This document shows positions 49,243 through 64,000 of a DNA stretch of 64,000 bases, piece after piece. The DNA lies in assembly GCA_051362555.1 (NCBI GenBank), contig CM120643.1, forward strand, positions 12,064,644 to 12,128,643, given 5' to 3'. Below the pieces are notes generated by a model. It saw nothing but the letters and a program-made list of their open reading frames with translations, was not told the origin of the DNA and made no database searches. Within the stretch, counting starts at the first letter, position 1. Each line of letters opens with the position of its first letter. This DNA is from Lingula anatina. Its lineage: Eukaryota > Animalia > Brachiopoda. Both the position numbers and the translations under genes were made by a program.

Positions 49243-52200
49243 GATAAATCAATAAATAAATGAATGAAAAGGGAGAGAGAAAAAATAAAAACTTTATATC
49301 ACACCTGAACTTTACTTTCGACACGCATCAGTAACACATTGCTTAATCAAGAAGTATTTTGTCGTCTGAAGACCGTCCCCTTAAGCGACTGGTCAAAGAT
49401 TTATGTTGCACGTGGACACAATGTCACCGACCCTGTTAGGACGCCGGACAAAGAGGCGGGAGGACAACTGGGCGTTCTTTACTTCTTTGAAGTTGATACG
49501 AATTTTATTGCAAATACTTTCATATATGTTAGAGACTGAAGTGTCAATTAAAAAAATACTGGCCCTCGAAAATTTTATTTTATTTCATTTGTTAATTACT
49601 GATATTTCGAATTTATTATTTTCTTTGTGTGGGTTGGGGTCAGATGTTCGCCTAATTAACCAGTGATGAATACTAAAACAAAAATGCCATTTTCGTTGTA
49701 AAAAAGAATTTGACTTGTTAATGTTACAAATATATTTTTCAACTGCGGTCAACCTCACCTTTTTCAATTTGTTTCAAACAAAATTAGTCTGTGCATCGTT
49801 GACCAGAAGTAAACTAAGAAATGAAGGCTCTCTTCATTGTCCTATGTCTTCCTCCATTTATCCATTGTCTGCTCCTGTTAAAATGGAAAAGACGCTGACG
49901 CAATTCTTTTTTTTTTCCTAATATTTTTTGAAAAAAGTTTAATTATTGGAAATGAGTGGGGCTAGCAATCGATTCTTTGTTTCAGTGAATAAATTCAAAT
50001 ATAAAAAATAGCAAACAGCTAAGCTGTTGGCTGTGCTTTAAAAGACTGAAAAATTCGTAACATGTCAATACATAACATACATTTGCATTCTCATCGTTTG
50101 TATCCGTTTTAATGCTTTTCATAGCAGATTTCCCCCTAAATCTGATGCTCATTTAACCTTCTTTATACATATTCAAGGATTTGGCTATAATGTCAACATA
50201 TTTAGGCTAGATGTTGCAAAGAGCACATTCCATTTCACCTCCCTAACTAATACATTTTTTGTTAAACATTACCGGCAACGTTCCCAATAGACAGATGTTA
50301 TATTACCGACCTTCACTACATCTAATATAGTGTTGGCACCTTACGTAATTTTGGTTTTAGAAAAAAAAAAAAACGATAATAATCTCTCTGAGAACGCCAC
50401 TTCCTGCCGTTAGGTCAAAGCGACCCCACCTGTTCAACACTTGTACCTATGTTATAATTTCCGTTTTTCTCCCAGGCGGGAGGAACGTCGTGACATGTTT
50501 AGTCTTTATTGATGTTTGCGGTTTGCCGTCCCCAGTACATCTGCCGGGTACAAAGACCAAGGAACCTTTTAAAAAGGCTAGCTGACTTTCAGACTCAGAT
50601 ATATCTTAAAGGCTGATAAATGCAACCGGGGTTCATTATAATCTGGTTAATAGAGGTTCTGTATTCAAAATATTATTTAAAATTCCGTTCTCGATAACTG
50701 CCTCGAATAAAGTTTTCAGCAACTGTGCCAAGTTACATGGAGTAGGCCTACCTTTGTGGGTGAATATAAATATAAAAACCTTTCAGTGAGAGATTTAAAT
50801 GCCATGCACTGACTTTCAGTTATGATATATCATACGACAGCCACAATTTTTACTGCGCCTTGAAAATGAAACCACCCCTCACACTAGGAAAGCGTCTCAT
50901 TTTACAAAATGGTACAAAAAGTTATTTCACATGTTAATGTTAATTACTATATTTATCTGCTAAAAGGTATCCTATCTTATAATTTCTTATTCATTGTATA
51001 AATGGTACATACACTTAAAACTGGGTGTCGATTTAAATAAATACCATATGACACAAGTATGGTATGGAGTTTTTGATAGACGAAACTGGTCAAAACACAG
51101 TATCCGTTCAAAACAAACAGTAACTGTATTAAACTTTAGACTGCATTTATTTGCCAAGTGGGTGATTTTTAAACTGTACGCTTTCTTTCTTTTCTAATTT
51201 ATTTTAATTATTAAGTTAAGAAATGAAAAAGACTTAGATGTTTGAGAAGTAACACGAACATGGCCTTTTCAAAACGATCGCTCTGATAACCATACAGCAG
51301 GTCCACTCTCAATCCTAATGCATCAATGGTTGATTGAATGAAAAAAAACGCACCTGAAACAGGTAGATAATGAGGAAGGTGCACGTGGCGTATACCAAGC
51401 CCACTCCATTGTTAAAAGCGCACTCGAGTACCTTTTCCTGTTAGCTTTGTCTCCGCGGAATGGCGCGTTTGGAGTTACCCTATTTTTATTTCGGGACGCT
51501 ATCGTAGGGTCAACACAGAGAAATCTGGTAAGTGAAAGTGTTTATGGTCTTCGTACTATTTTAAATTTGTTTCAGATGTTAGATTAGGTTGTTTAAAATC
51601 CATGAAGTTGCCTGCAAAACGTTTTTCTCACTTAAAATAGTTTTTCTTGTGATACGTTCATCTGAGGCAGGACAAGAGGGACCCTATATATACAGTATAC
51701 AGAGAAGATACTGTACGTCCTGAGATGTGAAAACTTCCACCAAACTTTTGGAAACATTCCAATGTGTAAACCATGCCAAAATCACAAGATCAGAATGATT
51801 ATATGGATCGCACACAGGGCGTACCTTTCAGTCTCCCATACCCAATGTTGACTAACCGATAACCGTTTTCAACGTACAATTTATTTATGTTGATCTCACG
51901 TTCACTTTCATTTTGTTACAACTTTTTATCATATACATATCTTGTCTACTGCTTCCCCCTCGAGTACCCATGATTATTGATCAAACCTAAAGCCTTATAG
52001 CATGAATAATACATAAAGGCGTATAATTAGCCAGACCAGTTTTTTAGGCCCTTAGTTGCAAAAGAAGATAGGTTGATATGTTAGATACATAAAATAATTG
52101 GTCGATTTTATAGATTAGCCAAAACTGATGTAGTAAAACAAGTAATAAGTGATATGAGTAAAATGAGTAATATCGATATATACCATTTATTTGTATCAGT

Positions 52201-52913
52201 GTTGGATTTACGAGGGACGTGAATGTGCCGTGTATTTATCGAAGAAGATAGCACCAACGCCAATCTCAGATACGGTACACAATGAGACCAATCGAAAGAG
52301 TCCGTTCTCTCCGTTCTCTAGATCACTGTGCTAAGAAGGCAGTCATTCCTTTCCTTTGTCAGCTTTATTTCTTCTTTTCAAAGAGTCCCACTTTCCTCTC
52401 ACTAATGAAAAAAAGACCAGTGGTCATCTTATTCAGGCAGCCAGGCTGGCGTCTCTCGCGCGCGTTTGTCCAGTTGACCTTTGGCCCGTCGGGGGCAGAT
52501 GGCCTGTCTCCCTTACGCAATATTCTTATGTAACAATTTTCATTAAAACGATAAATCACATTAAGGGCATTAGCTCCACACTGGCACCGGACACAGGAAC
52601 GGAGAATGACCATTGGCGGTCAATTTAGTCGGACTCGGACATTGAGTATTGTCGAGACAATGCTGATGAGTTTGCACTCACCATCCTTTATTGTTCCATA
52701 AACTTGGGTTGTGCGTTTCTTTGACATACATTACCACCTTCGCAGTTTCTTTTCATTTTTTTTTTATTTTGCCGGGGCAAAAGATGTCCCTATGTTATCA
52801 CCTTGTTGTGATTTTTTAAGCAATTACTGGGCACCGCAATACTTTTAGTTTTGTTTCATTTTCCTTTCTTGTTCAACGTTTGTTTTATGTTAAATACATA
52901 TCTGTGGATAATC

Positions 52914-52915
52914 AT

Positions 52916-52982
<67 letters not shown>
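52914..52982. repeat. (TTTA)n microsatellite
   Basis: Direct reading. Confidence 0.9.
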
Positions 52983-52983
<1 letters not shown>

Positions 52984-54682
52984 AGTACCCTATGTTCCCT
53001 ATGTGTTATATTCAGTAATTACTTATATTATCAATTGCCACATTTTCTAGTTATATATATAAAGACAATACATGTTTTTAATGAAAATACACTCATGTTT
53101 GGAAACAGCACGTCAAATAATTCCTTTACAGTTTCCTTTGTATTTTTTTCCAAACCATCACAAACATGTACCTGCTTCTTATTTCGTTCAACATTTCACG
53201 ATGTGCGCATTTTAGCAACAGACAAAATAATATATTTAACCCACAACGAAGAAAAAACAGTAACATTAAGATAGTTCATGAATGAAAAAACCATAAGAAA
53301 ATTACTCATCAAATCACATATATCTTGAATCCAAACACAGTAATATATTTAAAAAAAACTTTCATTTTTGTGAAGTTAGTTATATCAACGTGTATAAAAA
53401 CTAACATTGTTGACCCAAGCGAGAAACATTTAACTCATTTTAAAAATGCAAATTTAAATGACAAGCACTATTCGTTAAATAAACGCACAGGAATATCTAT
53501 AGGAAAATTAATTCTGACTATCAAATAGGTTAGGATTGATAGGTTTAAAAGTAGCTTAGATTCAAAGTTGTGCTGTCATTATGTTAAAATGGAGAAAAAA
53601 GAGTAAAACAAATTTATCAAAATTGTAATTATTAATTGGTCACAAAAGACCAATAGACAAGATACGTGATCAAATTATACCGACGCTAAAGGCAGTTGCT
53701 TTAGATATTTATTAAACTGACAATATTCATATGTACCAGACCTAAAATGAACAGTCTGCTGAACGCTCATAATGGTGGTTAAGTCCAAATAATACTTAAA
53801 TTACCCGATCATACTGTTTGTTTGTACTGAATAGCTTTGACTTCGAACAAAAAAATGAAAAAGAACGGAAAAAACGATTGGACATGGAAAATCCTACCCC
53901 TAGAGCGTGTTTTGATAAGAGCTTTCGTTTTTTTTAAAGGCAGACTGCAGTCTATTTCATGCAATCGCTAAAATATTTCTTCAAATTCGCTGTATTATGT
54001 AATAAACTAATCTATTTATATCTAAAAGTAAATTAGTACAAAAGTCAGATTATACATATTAAGGCAAATCGTTCTGTATATTTCACTTGGTGTATTTTGA
54101 TTTTCACGATTTATTTTTGTGATTGCAACGTCAATGATAACTGCCCGTGCTTCGGGTCACCCGCAGAGAGTCCCATCTTGTGTGTTTTTTTTAGAGCCAA
54201 GATTACCCTCAGGTAATAAATTATATACCCACGATGTTTACACCTGAGTCCACGGATCGGGACGTGCCATCATTCAACGAGTTAAACTGGTTACTTTAAT
54301 GACCTATGCCTATACCAGAAATGAAGAAAGACCCCTTGTTTATTTTCGTTAACAAAACAAGCCTTTGGGCAACGAGGAAATAATCTGACAAGCGGCGTTA
54401 CAAATGTATAAAACGGAACGCATGGTGACAGTCTTCAACGATATTTATTTACAACTCATAGAGAACTAACAACGAAAATAGAATAAAAATCGACAATATC
54501 CAGTTTTTAAAACCAGTTGTCTTAGGTAATTCAAAAAGAAAACGAAACAATAATAATTAATCATATTGAAAATAAGAATGAAGACAATTAACTTAAAAAG
54601 AGAAAGCATAATTACACCAATGTTAAATAGCACAAAGGGTGAAAGAAAAAACTTATCGGAACCATCTAAACGTAAGTTACGG

Positions 54683-54748
54683 AGGGGGGGGGGGGGGGTC
54701 GGCTTCGCATTCGCGGACCCCCTTCAAATAATCCTGGATCCGCTCCTG
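54683..54748 (-). mobile_element. Isolated terminus of the 5-bp-TSD transposon family at 37747
   Basis: The reverse complement caggagcggatccaggattatttgaagggggtccgcg matches the left end at 37747. Confidence 0.7.
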
Positions 54749-55599
54749 TATAGATAACCGCATAAGAAGCTTATCTCATAATATTCAAAACCATTGCGTT
54801 CGAAATTTTTCGTAGTTAACATATGCATTTGATAATACGATAAAGATAAAGAATAAATTTTTAAAAGGCATTTTTTTAGTTCGGTGGTCAAATTTCGTAT
54901 TGCATTAACCTCAATATTTTAACAAATTCTTTTGGAAACAATGAGTTTCCATATGTTCACCATAGGTCTACACACCCACGACCCAGCAAAGACGCCACGA
55001 GACGCTACATTAAAATAGGAGATGTCTCGAATTCTCTGCGTTGAAGTATACCTTCTGGCACTCACTAGAACATTAAAGCTTTTCAGGAAATAGTTTCGTC
55101 GTCTCGATATTTTTCTGAAAGTAAAATAGCTTGTAGCACGCATGTCCATTTCCCATTGTCTTCTCAGAATAAGAAACGTAAGAATTTTCCTAAAATACAG
55201 GGTGAGGTCTGAGTTTTTTCTTAAGTAAGGTCTATTATTATTCACAGAATGCTCTCACCACAAATGAGGGGATATCTGAATTACGTCACAGGGCACTGGG
55301 AGCGATTTAAAAATCAAGCTATCGACTGAACAGATTGCGCAGTCTCTGGCGCACCTAACACATTCCTAATCATTGTGTTATTTCTGGCGCGCTCCAAGAA
55401 GCCAGTTCAATTATCATGTTCAACAAAAAACTAAAAAATGAGGCTATAAGACTGTTACATCTTGAATTTTACTACAAGGTTCCAGAAAATTATTCTAAAT
55501 CATAAGGACTGGAACTGTAACAAACTGAACACATTCTGGACATAAATTATTGAGTAAGACCCGATATACATTTAAGAAATAAAGAAAAATGTTTTTTTT

Positions 55600-58500
55600 T
55601 TTATAAAACAATTTACTCACGAGTGTGTTCAGTAAAAATTGCACAATTTTTATTTACCATATTCAATTGGTTTAACAATAAGAATATACAAGTGGAGTAT
55701 CTAAGTAAGATGTCATAACAACAGAATTAGCACAATTTCCATAACAGTCATTATTCATTGTTTAATCAATGAATTAAGTCTCCTCCTCGTCAATATGTAT
55801 CATCATCGATATATTTACTTTATACCAATATCCACAAGAGAGAAAAAACTACTTTTTTAAAGATACAAACTCTTGCATATCATGTTGTACTTCTTTGGTA
55901 TCGCTGGCGTGTCTGTGTATAATTTCATACACACACACACATAAAAGTTGGAAAACATACATCAATGGGCTCAGCTCTCTCTAACAATACATTTTGGAGA
56001 CTGAACTATGAAAAAAAAAAAAAAAGAAGAAATTACCTTACTGACACTATTCAAAACACTTACATTGTTTTTACAACATGTACACGTTGACATTTTTTTC
56101 AAAACATGGACACCAAATCTCTTCAATTTGATGTCAATTTAAATCTCCTAATCTAATATCAAAGACTATTTCTCATTAAATGGTTTAACACTTTTTTTTT
56201 TTGAAAATATTACAGTCTCCTTTTGAGTGCACATCCATGTAGATAAAATAGTCTACATCTTCTAAAAAAATCAGTTTGGTTACCATGGTTACATGTTACT
56301 ACGACAACGTTCCTGAGTCTCCCAATCATGTGCAAAAAAACTGAGCAACTGTTTCACAAAGCACACCTTGAAAGCTACAGACTATGCAATAAAGGCCCTT
56401 CTATCTGTCCAAATTTTCATTTTCCTTCATCCTGACACCCCTTGTGTATTATGTGGACTCTCCCTTTATTTGTTATTTTAAGAGGTACTGGGAGATTTCA
56501 TTGTGAAGCTTGAAAAACTCACATATGATCTTTAAATATTAATATTCCAGTTTTTTTCTGTACAAACCATAGGTAACAACACGTATATTTTCAGACTGAA
56601 TCAAGCCACTCTTTTCTGCAGGTACCTGCATATGCAGGGGGATGCACGAGAAAAACAAAGAAATTTAGATGCATTCTGGGACAGATAATGGATTTCAGAA
56701 AGATCATAAACCCTGTGTTTCTTTGAGGTGATGGGAATATACAAATGTTTTGATGGCTTTGACGGCTTATTGTGCACATTTCATGACATAAGCAAACTAA
56801 TTGTCATTCAAAAGCCTACTGTCATATTTCTGTAGCCTGCGCTACAGTGCCTGTTCAAGAACTACCATGACACTTCAATGATTACTCGCAAGGCTGATCA
56901 TGACTTAAACCAATACATTCTTTCATGTGCTTTGTATGCAAGAGATTTTTTGTTCTATATGTTTTCCAAAGAATACAGATCAATGTCTGCAGGTATGCTT
57001 TTTGTAAACTAAAAGCTAATCACACAAAGCTGTTCACACAAAACTGTCATCCACCTTCTTAAGGTTTTGGGGGTTAAAGTCAAGCTATGAGCAGTCCCAC
57101 TGTATAAAAGAAAAGCATATCAACATATTTGTTGAAAGGTTTAGATGATCATGTGCTGGCATAATTTGCAATGAGTGGACCATGCTACATGCAGTCAGTT
57201 GAGTAGAATGAGTCACAACCATAGAGGGCGCTTGTGTACGCACTGCGCAGGGTCTGCCTTCACATGGCAAACTAAGAGCACATGGCAAACCTCACGCCTC
57301 CCTCCTGTGCACACGGGTAATGCCAACACAGTGGCAAGTCCTTCATTAACAAAACCAACACTCTACTAATCTTAAAGATGACGATACTGCTTATAAAAGT
57401 AAGTGTATGAATTATGAAAGTAAACCTGAACACGGTACAATGTAGCATGTATCACTTATTTCACCACAATGGGCAGTCTTTGGTATGCTAGACGTCTCAC
57501 AGCCCTTAGTACCTCTGGAAAACATGTATCTCCGTCATCCCTCCTTATTGCCTATGTATGGTATAAATGTAATTATATTATTCTGAAACTGGTAATTACA
57601 AAGTCTTGAGGTCACTTGATTGAAAACACAGCTCGCAGAATCAAAACTGGAACATTTTTCCTCCACAATTTTGTCTTAATTCTGCTGTCTACACTCAGTC
57701 AATGTTCCATTGGAAATTATTTGGTATCAAAAAGATTCTATCTAAAATATTTACTGCCTTGTTAAACCAGCTCTCATTCTGAGAACCCTAATCTTAAGAA
57801 ATATTCTCACATCCTACAACCACTTGCTCCCCTAATCCCTTACAAACTGGTGATTGTATAAACATAAACAAATAATATTTTCCAATGTTGAATTAGTGCA
57901 AAGCAAATAAGTAATTTCAAAATCTAAATTTAAAAAAGTAAAAATGTTCATGTCTTCAGGTAGTGAAGCATAACAAGAAATTAAAAGGAGCAAAAAAAAA
58001 AAAAAAAAAAAAAAATTAAAACATGGGCAATCAAGCTGAGAACTGGCTTAACAAATCCAGCTACATTATCTTGTACACTTAAGCATAATTCTATGACACC
58101 ATACCGTACCAGACAGTTGACAATATGGGACTATTCCTCATCACAATAATAGAGTTTAGAAATAAGACAAGATGGTACCAGCACTCAACTAACATTCATT
58201 GCCATCAGTCTGAAACATTGTATCTAAAACTGAATTCATGTACTTGTCTGTGGTGTCTGGCAGTCTCAAGTGTCAAAATCTAAAACATTATGCATTTAAA
58301 ATTTGGAACAATTTGCAAAATTTGACAAATTGCCAATTTATCTAAAAATGAGGTTTTGAAATGAAAAAAAAAAAAAAAAAGAGTTTTGTCTGATAGTTGG
58401 CTGGTATTCATTTGTTTTATTCCTAACAAACATCCAAGGTTACACATTACAAACTGGTTCAAATTGGTGCATACCTAGTTTGAACCAACAGGTCAAGTTT

Positions 58501-61500
58501 GAGTTACAGGCAGTTGTGCATGAATATTACCATTTATACCGACTTGTATTAACAAAACATTATGGTGGCCTAAAATGCCTTACGAGCCTCTTGGGCTGAG
58601 CTCTGGCTGGCATGAGTATCTACTCCCAACATTTGCACCATGCTTTTTGCACCCGGAGCATACAGATCTTGAATGCACAAGAACACTTCTGAGATCTTGG
58701 TGGTATAACCTGGAATTTTTGCTTTATACAAAGAAACAAGACATAGTAATTATTTTTAGGTCACTTTTGAAGTTGCAAAACCATAAATTGTGATCTTAAA
58801 AGAAAGAACAAGGGACACGGCACACATTCCAAATGATCACCATGGTAACTACGAGTAATAGAATACCATGGTAACAAGGTATCCCAGAATGCCATCCTGC
58901 TGTTGCTAGGTGACCAATTGACATAAAAATGGAACTTAAAACTGCCAAACAGAGTCTATACAATTGAGGTAGACAGTAGGTGCTAAATCACATATCATTT
59001 CTTTTTTCTTCTTCTCTCAGTCACTACAGACATAATTAGTTTACAACACAGTCCAAAACCATGATGAGCTCACTAACCAAAAGTAAAAATAACTTAGGTC
59101 ACACTTTTTTAGACAATATTTTCATGGGCAGATTTTTTGTTTGCAATTGAAGGAGTATGAATAAAAACAGAATTCTAAAATGGTTCAAAAATTCCTATAA
59201 ATGTTTCTCGTGGTAACCAATACAGATTTAATTCCTTGGGTCTTGTCACAAATATCCATGTAGTGAAACAGATATTTGTTGTCAATAGCTTGTTAACATT
59301 TTCTATCTTTGTCATATAAAAATACAAGCTGCCTGTTCCAATTACATTCTTTGGGCTTTTCACTTTATTTCTATTAAATGTAATAAAATATGTCAGAAGA
59401 CCCATGAAGCAACATATTCAAAAAGGGTGGCCTAAGAAAGAAAAAAAATGAGTTTGAGTCACCAGAATCAAGTACCATGAAACTTTCAAATATTGGAACT
59501 GATAGAAATTCCAACTATGTCATTAATTCTGTAAGCAAGTCCTTCTGGTTACTGCAGTGGGGTGTCGTAACAAAAATGTGAGCACTACATAGACAGATAT
59601 CAATTAAGAAGAACCTTGCTGGACATAATTTGTTGGCCTCTACAATTTTAATGAGTCCAATAACTGCGGATGCATATGCCATTATTTACAACATCTTTCT
59701 TTCCTATTTATCAGATCTTTATAATCTGTTTGAAACAAATATTTCTATCACATTAATAATTCTCATTGTTCCTGCAACCCCCAGTCTCCTATCTAAAGAA
59801 ATGTAAGAAATTCTTTATGGATTTCAGTGATCACTAGCAGACAGACGTTTTCTCAAATGTTGTGACATATGTATGTCCAACACGTTTCTCACCACAATGA
59901 ATAGAAGTTCACTACAGACTTGCCAGCAATACTCACTCAAAGGCATAGGCGACAACTTTTGTGAATCAAAAGAGATAAGGCTATAGTGTTTGATGAATTA
60001 TATGAGTTAAATACCCCTAAAAAATACAACTTCATTAGTCAAAATTATATTTGAACAGAGGCTTCTACATAATAACTTAAAAACTTGGTAACAAATTTTT
60101 AGAAAGGACTACTGAAATCAAAATAATTTATAAAAATCTTGAGATGTGTTTAGACAGTGTTTAAAAAGACTGAACATAATGGGACTGCCACAGGTTCAAT
60201 GGCATCGAAGGAAGAATATGAAAGTGTTATCAGAATCCAGTTTGTTGACTCTATCTATCTATCTATTCAGTTATTTGCCTCCTATGCCTGTAATGGTATT
60301 CACCTCCCTCCTTGAAACAGTGCATGGCCAAATTATGGCAGCCTGCATGATATTGGGTTGTAATAAAATAGGAAGAAATGGTCTGGTGGCCTTAAGACCA
60401 GGGGGTATGGGTGCCACATAAGGTGAAAAACAGACAAGAAAACAATTTCTTTCAATTCTAAACAGGAAAAATTCATGTCCGTGGCAGTGTGATCACATTT
60501 TGGGTATTATATGGAAGTTTGGTGGACATACCAGGGTTTTTCCCCCCTGGTGTTCTTTATGTTTAGGAAAGATGGGCACTTGTTGAATGGTGATAAAAAT
60601 ATAGGGACCTATTCTATTCATATCACCACTTTTGAGTAGTTAGTACTATAACAGAGATATTAGGAAAGAATGATTCTTGGAATTTTTTGCTTTAATGGGA
60701 AAATTTGAGATTTCTCATTGGTTGTCACACAGCCAGCAGAATGGAATAATAGCGAAACGAAATGCAGGACTACTGAAATTTACAGGTTTAAAAAAATCAA
60801 TGAACCAAAATGCTTTTAATTGTAACAAAAAGTGTGAAGTGTCTGGATAATAAAACAAAATGATTATTCTTTATGTCTAGACAGCCTTGCCTGCTTATTC
60901 ATTATTGTTTCTCACAAACCTTGTCTCTTCACACCTTCCAATTGTTCCTTTTTTGAGATTATTCTTTGAATTTGCTTTTAAAAATTCAAAATATGACATG
61001 ATTTTTACCTTAATTTTGTATCACCTATTCTCCAAAACCAGATATAAAACACTGTTTTTGGAAGATGTAATTGATCTATTTTGCTTATCCTCAATGACTT
61101 ATTATCAAAGAACATTAGCACCATTAGCAGATCAGAAGAAATTCACAGGTATGTTTTTTTTTATCTAAAAAGGTAAATAAATAAAGTAAGTAAACACACC
61201 ATACAAAACACTAGTATTCATCTGTCCCAAAAAGTCAACAACTATACATATTTTGAAAGGTCTTCTGAGCTATTGAATGGAAATTAAGGATTACATGGAT
61301 GCAGTAAAAAATGAAGAAAAATATGTGTATTTAAAACTCAAAAAGAAATAACCCTAGTTGCCAGCCTTATATTGAGCTAACAGAATCTCCTGCGCAATTC
61401 CTCTCGGTTTTTCTTTAGTAATGAATCAATTTATTTTTGTAACCCCTATATAACAATGCTGGTTTTAGAGATTTGCAAAGAAGATAAAGCGCATGGGTAG

Positions 61501-63324
61501 TTCATCAAGCAGTAAAATCAAGGGAAAATGTACTAATGTAATTAAATGTATTTCAGAAACCCTGACAAACACTTCTTTTCACATTGAAAAATTGCCACTT
61601 CTTTTTGGAAAAAAATTACCACATATGTGCAAAATATTTCTGCCTGCCCAGCTGTGCAACATTTCATTCATAACAGTTCCTCTTTAAAAATAATAATTTC
61701 CTTTTTTAATGAAAAAAAGCCCACTTTTGTCAAAAATTTATGTATATTTATAAAATATATGTGCCTGCCCATTTATGCAATTTTATTATTCTAGGAAACT
61801 GATGGCCATTCTCCTAATAAGGGGATATGATACAGGTTATTCATGTGTCTTTTAATTATAATAAACCACTTCCTAGTTTTTTCATCAAGCAAAGTCACAT
61901 CTATAACCAGAGCCACAGGATATTAAAAGTTCCACATAAAACCCTGCAGGAAAAAATGTCTGGGGAGTCTGGATGGAGACAAGAACAGATTATATGAAGC
62001 AGATTTCCACTCAAAATGAAGAAAATCTGATCCTATCATTGCATGACTTTCTGCATGCTTTATTTTTTCTGGCCATACCTGTAGGTATTGCACAAGTCTT
62101 GCTTTACATATAATCCAGGACACAGACTTGGGTTATGTAAAATTAACCCCACTCTGAAGGAAATTAATTGTTTTTAACATGTTGTTGAACTACAAATCTG
62201 ATTATCTTTATCTGTCCTGCAATAATCTGTTCATCAAGGCAGACAGAAAGATGATTTCTAAAAATTAATGCTTCACATTTTCTTATCTATTTCTTATCCC
62301 TGCCTGATTCAGTAAATGATCCATCTTTTTATGTGGCTCTGTTATCCAATATCAACTATACTGTTATCAACACTTGTTAATGCCTTCAATCTTCTACCAT
62401 CATTTTTCATGGGATGTTTAATTTCCATATTCCTTTTGACATAAAATAAAGATTTCCTGTGATTCATACATAAGTGGTAAGAGAATTGAAACTATGCACT
62501 TCTTATATTAAAAACTAGTTCACTGGTTTTAAATTTGATTTTTCCCCATAAATCTATAATCTGTTGATTGAATAAATGAAACATTTTCTTATCTAACAGT
62601 TTTCATTAACATGCTATTCATTTAAACACTTAATTCTATTAAATAATTTAACAGAATTAGGCGGGTTATTCATATACCTTTCAGTTACAAGAAACCAACA
62701 AGTTCTTAGTTTACAAAGTCACATCTAAAGCAAAACCACAGGATATTAAAAGTTCCACGTAAAACCCTGCAGGAAAAAATGTGGCTGGGGAATTAGCTTT
62801 GTGTACCAGAATCAAGAGAAGAGCAGGTATTATGGAGTAAATTTTTACTCAAAATGCGGACACGAGTTGGATTCTACGAATTTAACCCTATCAAACAAAA
62901 CATATATATATCTTTAAAAATGATGTCCAATTTTAAGTCTGATTATCTTTATCTGTCCTGCAATAATCTTTTTACCAAAACAGAAAGACGGATTTCTAAA
63001 TATGCTTCCGATTCTCTTTTCTATTTCTTATCCCTGCCTGATTCAGTAAATAATCCATCTTTTCATGTGGCTCTGTTATCCAATATCAACTATCCTGTTA
63101 TCAACACTTGTTAATGCCTTCCTTCTTCTCACGTCATTTTTCAGGAGATGTTTAATTTCCACATTATCTTAGCTGCTATCTACATTTGTGTATCTGTAGT
63201 AGGACAGGTGGCACTTAAAGCATCTTCTATTCTTATGCTGTTTTTAAATTCAAAATTTCCTAAAAATCTTAGCTTTTGAATTTGGAATTCAAAATAACAA
63301 AAGTACAAAATTTGCCAATATTAC

Positions 63325-63356
<32 letters not shown>

Positions 63357-64000
63357 GGAAGGCTGACTACAAGATATTAAATTGAGCATATTCTGAAGTT
63401 TTCGACTAGAAAATAAAATGGTGTAATAATTGCCAAATATTTGCAATACTATGTAGTATTAAAACATTTTGAAAAAAAAAAAAACCTTTACAATTTTAAG
63501 AAGCAATATATTTCCATTACCTAAACTGATATACTGCTTCACAGTTTTTGTATCATTTCAATCTGCTGGCTGTGGTGTTGTGAATAATAGAGGATAGGTG
63601 GGGACGAGAGGTCCTTTTGTGCTTTAGAATAAAAAAAAAATGATAAAACATTTCAGTAACTGTGTTCTGTGCATTTCCTGACATATTTGTGCTTTGAATT
63701 CTAACAATATTTAACAGCTGTGTTGGTGTATTTTGCACTGATGGTGACGGTAGCCATTTTTTAGTCCAGTGAGCAAGGGCGGGGAGCTTATCCAACTAGA
63801 TTAATCACAAACAATTATGTTTAACTTTTATCATAAGTGGCTGAAAAATCATTCATGAAAAGTTTTCTTTTTACAAATAGATCTAAGCAATGAATGGTGC
63901 CTACTATATTTCACTTTAGTTCACACAAACTTTTGGTTTCAAGAAAAAATAACTTCTGCCTTCTTAAATCTTATAGCCTATGAAACCGAGTTCAAATCTC
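55600..64000 (-). other. Probable 3' UTR or gene body of a minus-strand gene continuing beyond the window
   Basis: Minus-strand AATAAA (tttatt at about 55648), visibly few CpGs, many A-runs on + (U-runs on the transcript), and no credible ORF. Confidence 0.4.
61889..63165 (+). repeat. Imperfect local direct duplication (about 61889-62431 and about 62714-63165)
   Basis: Shared ccacaggatattaaaagttccac.taaaaccctgcaggaaaaaatgt and tatccctgcctgattcagtaaat...gatgtttaatttcca. Confidence 0.85.

Overview
AT-rich, intron-containing animal genomic DNA. The repeat types look mollusc-like or lophotrochozoan (inference). No prokaryotic features, CRISPR arrays, rRNA genes or intact tRNA genes were found. 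(1) 1199-15494 (+) is a 9-exon gene assembled by hand with consistent GT-AG phases (5034 nt, 1677 aa). It joins an acidic disordered N-terminus, an AHI1/Jouberin-type C2 domain (six small exons, largely missed by the ORF track) and a MEP-1-like multi-zinc-finger region. It appears to be a chimera of a ciliary transition-zone domain and a NuRD-type chromatin factor, and is the main finding. (2) 22.4-42.4 kb is a tandem duplication carrying two intact 5-coding-exon METTL27/WBSCR27-like SAM methyltransferase genes (- strand, 218 aa each). Comparing the copies exposes filled versus empty transposon sites. (3) There are many non-autonomous DNA transposons (hAT-, Harbinger-, Kolobok- and Helentron-like), a solo LTR, and mini- and microsatellites. 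(4) 42.5-55.5 kb is non-coding and CpG-retaining. 55.6-64 kb looks like the long 3' end of a minus-strand gene whose coding exons lie outside the window. All homology calls are from motif recognition by eye, not database searches.
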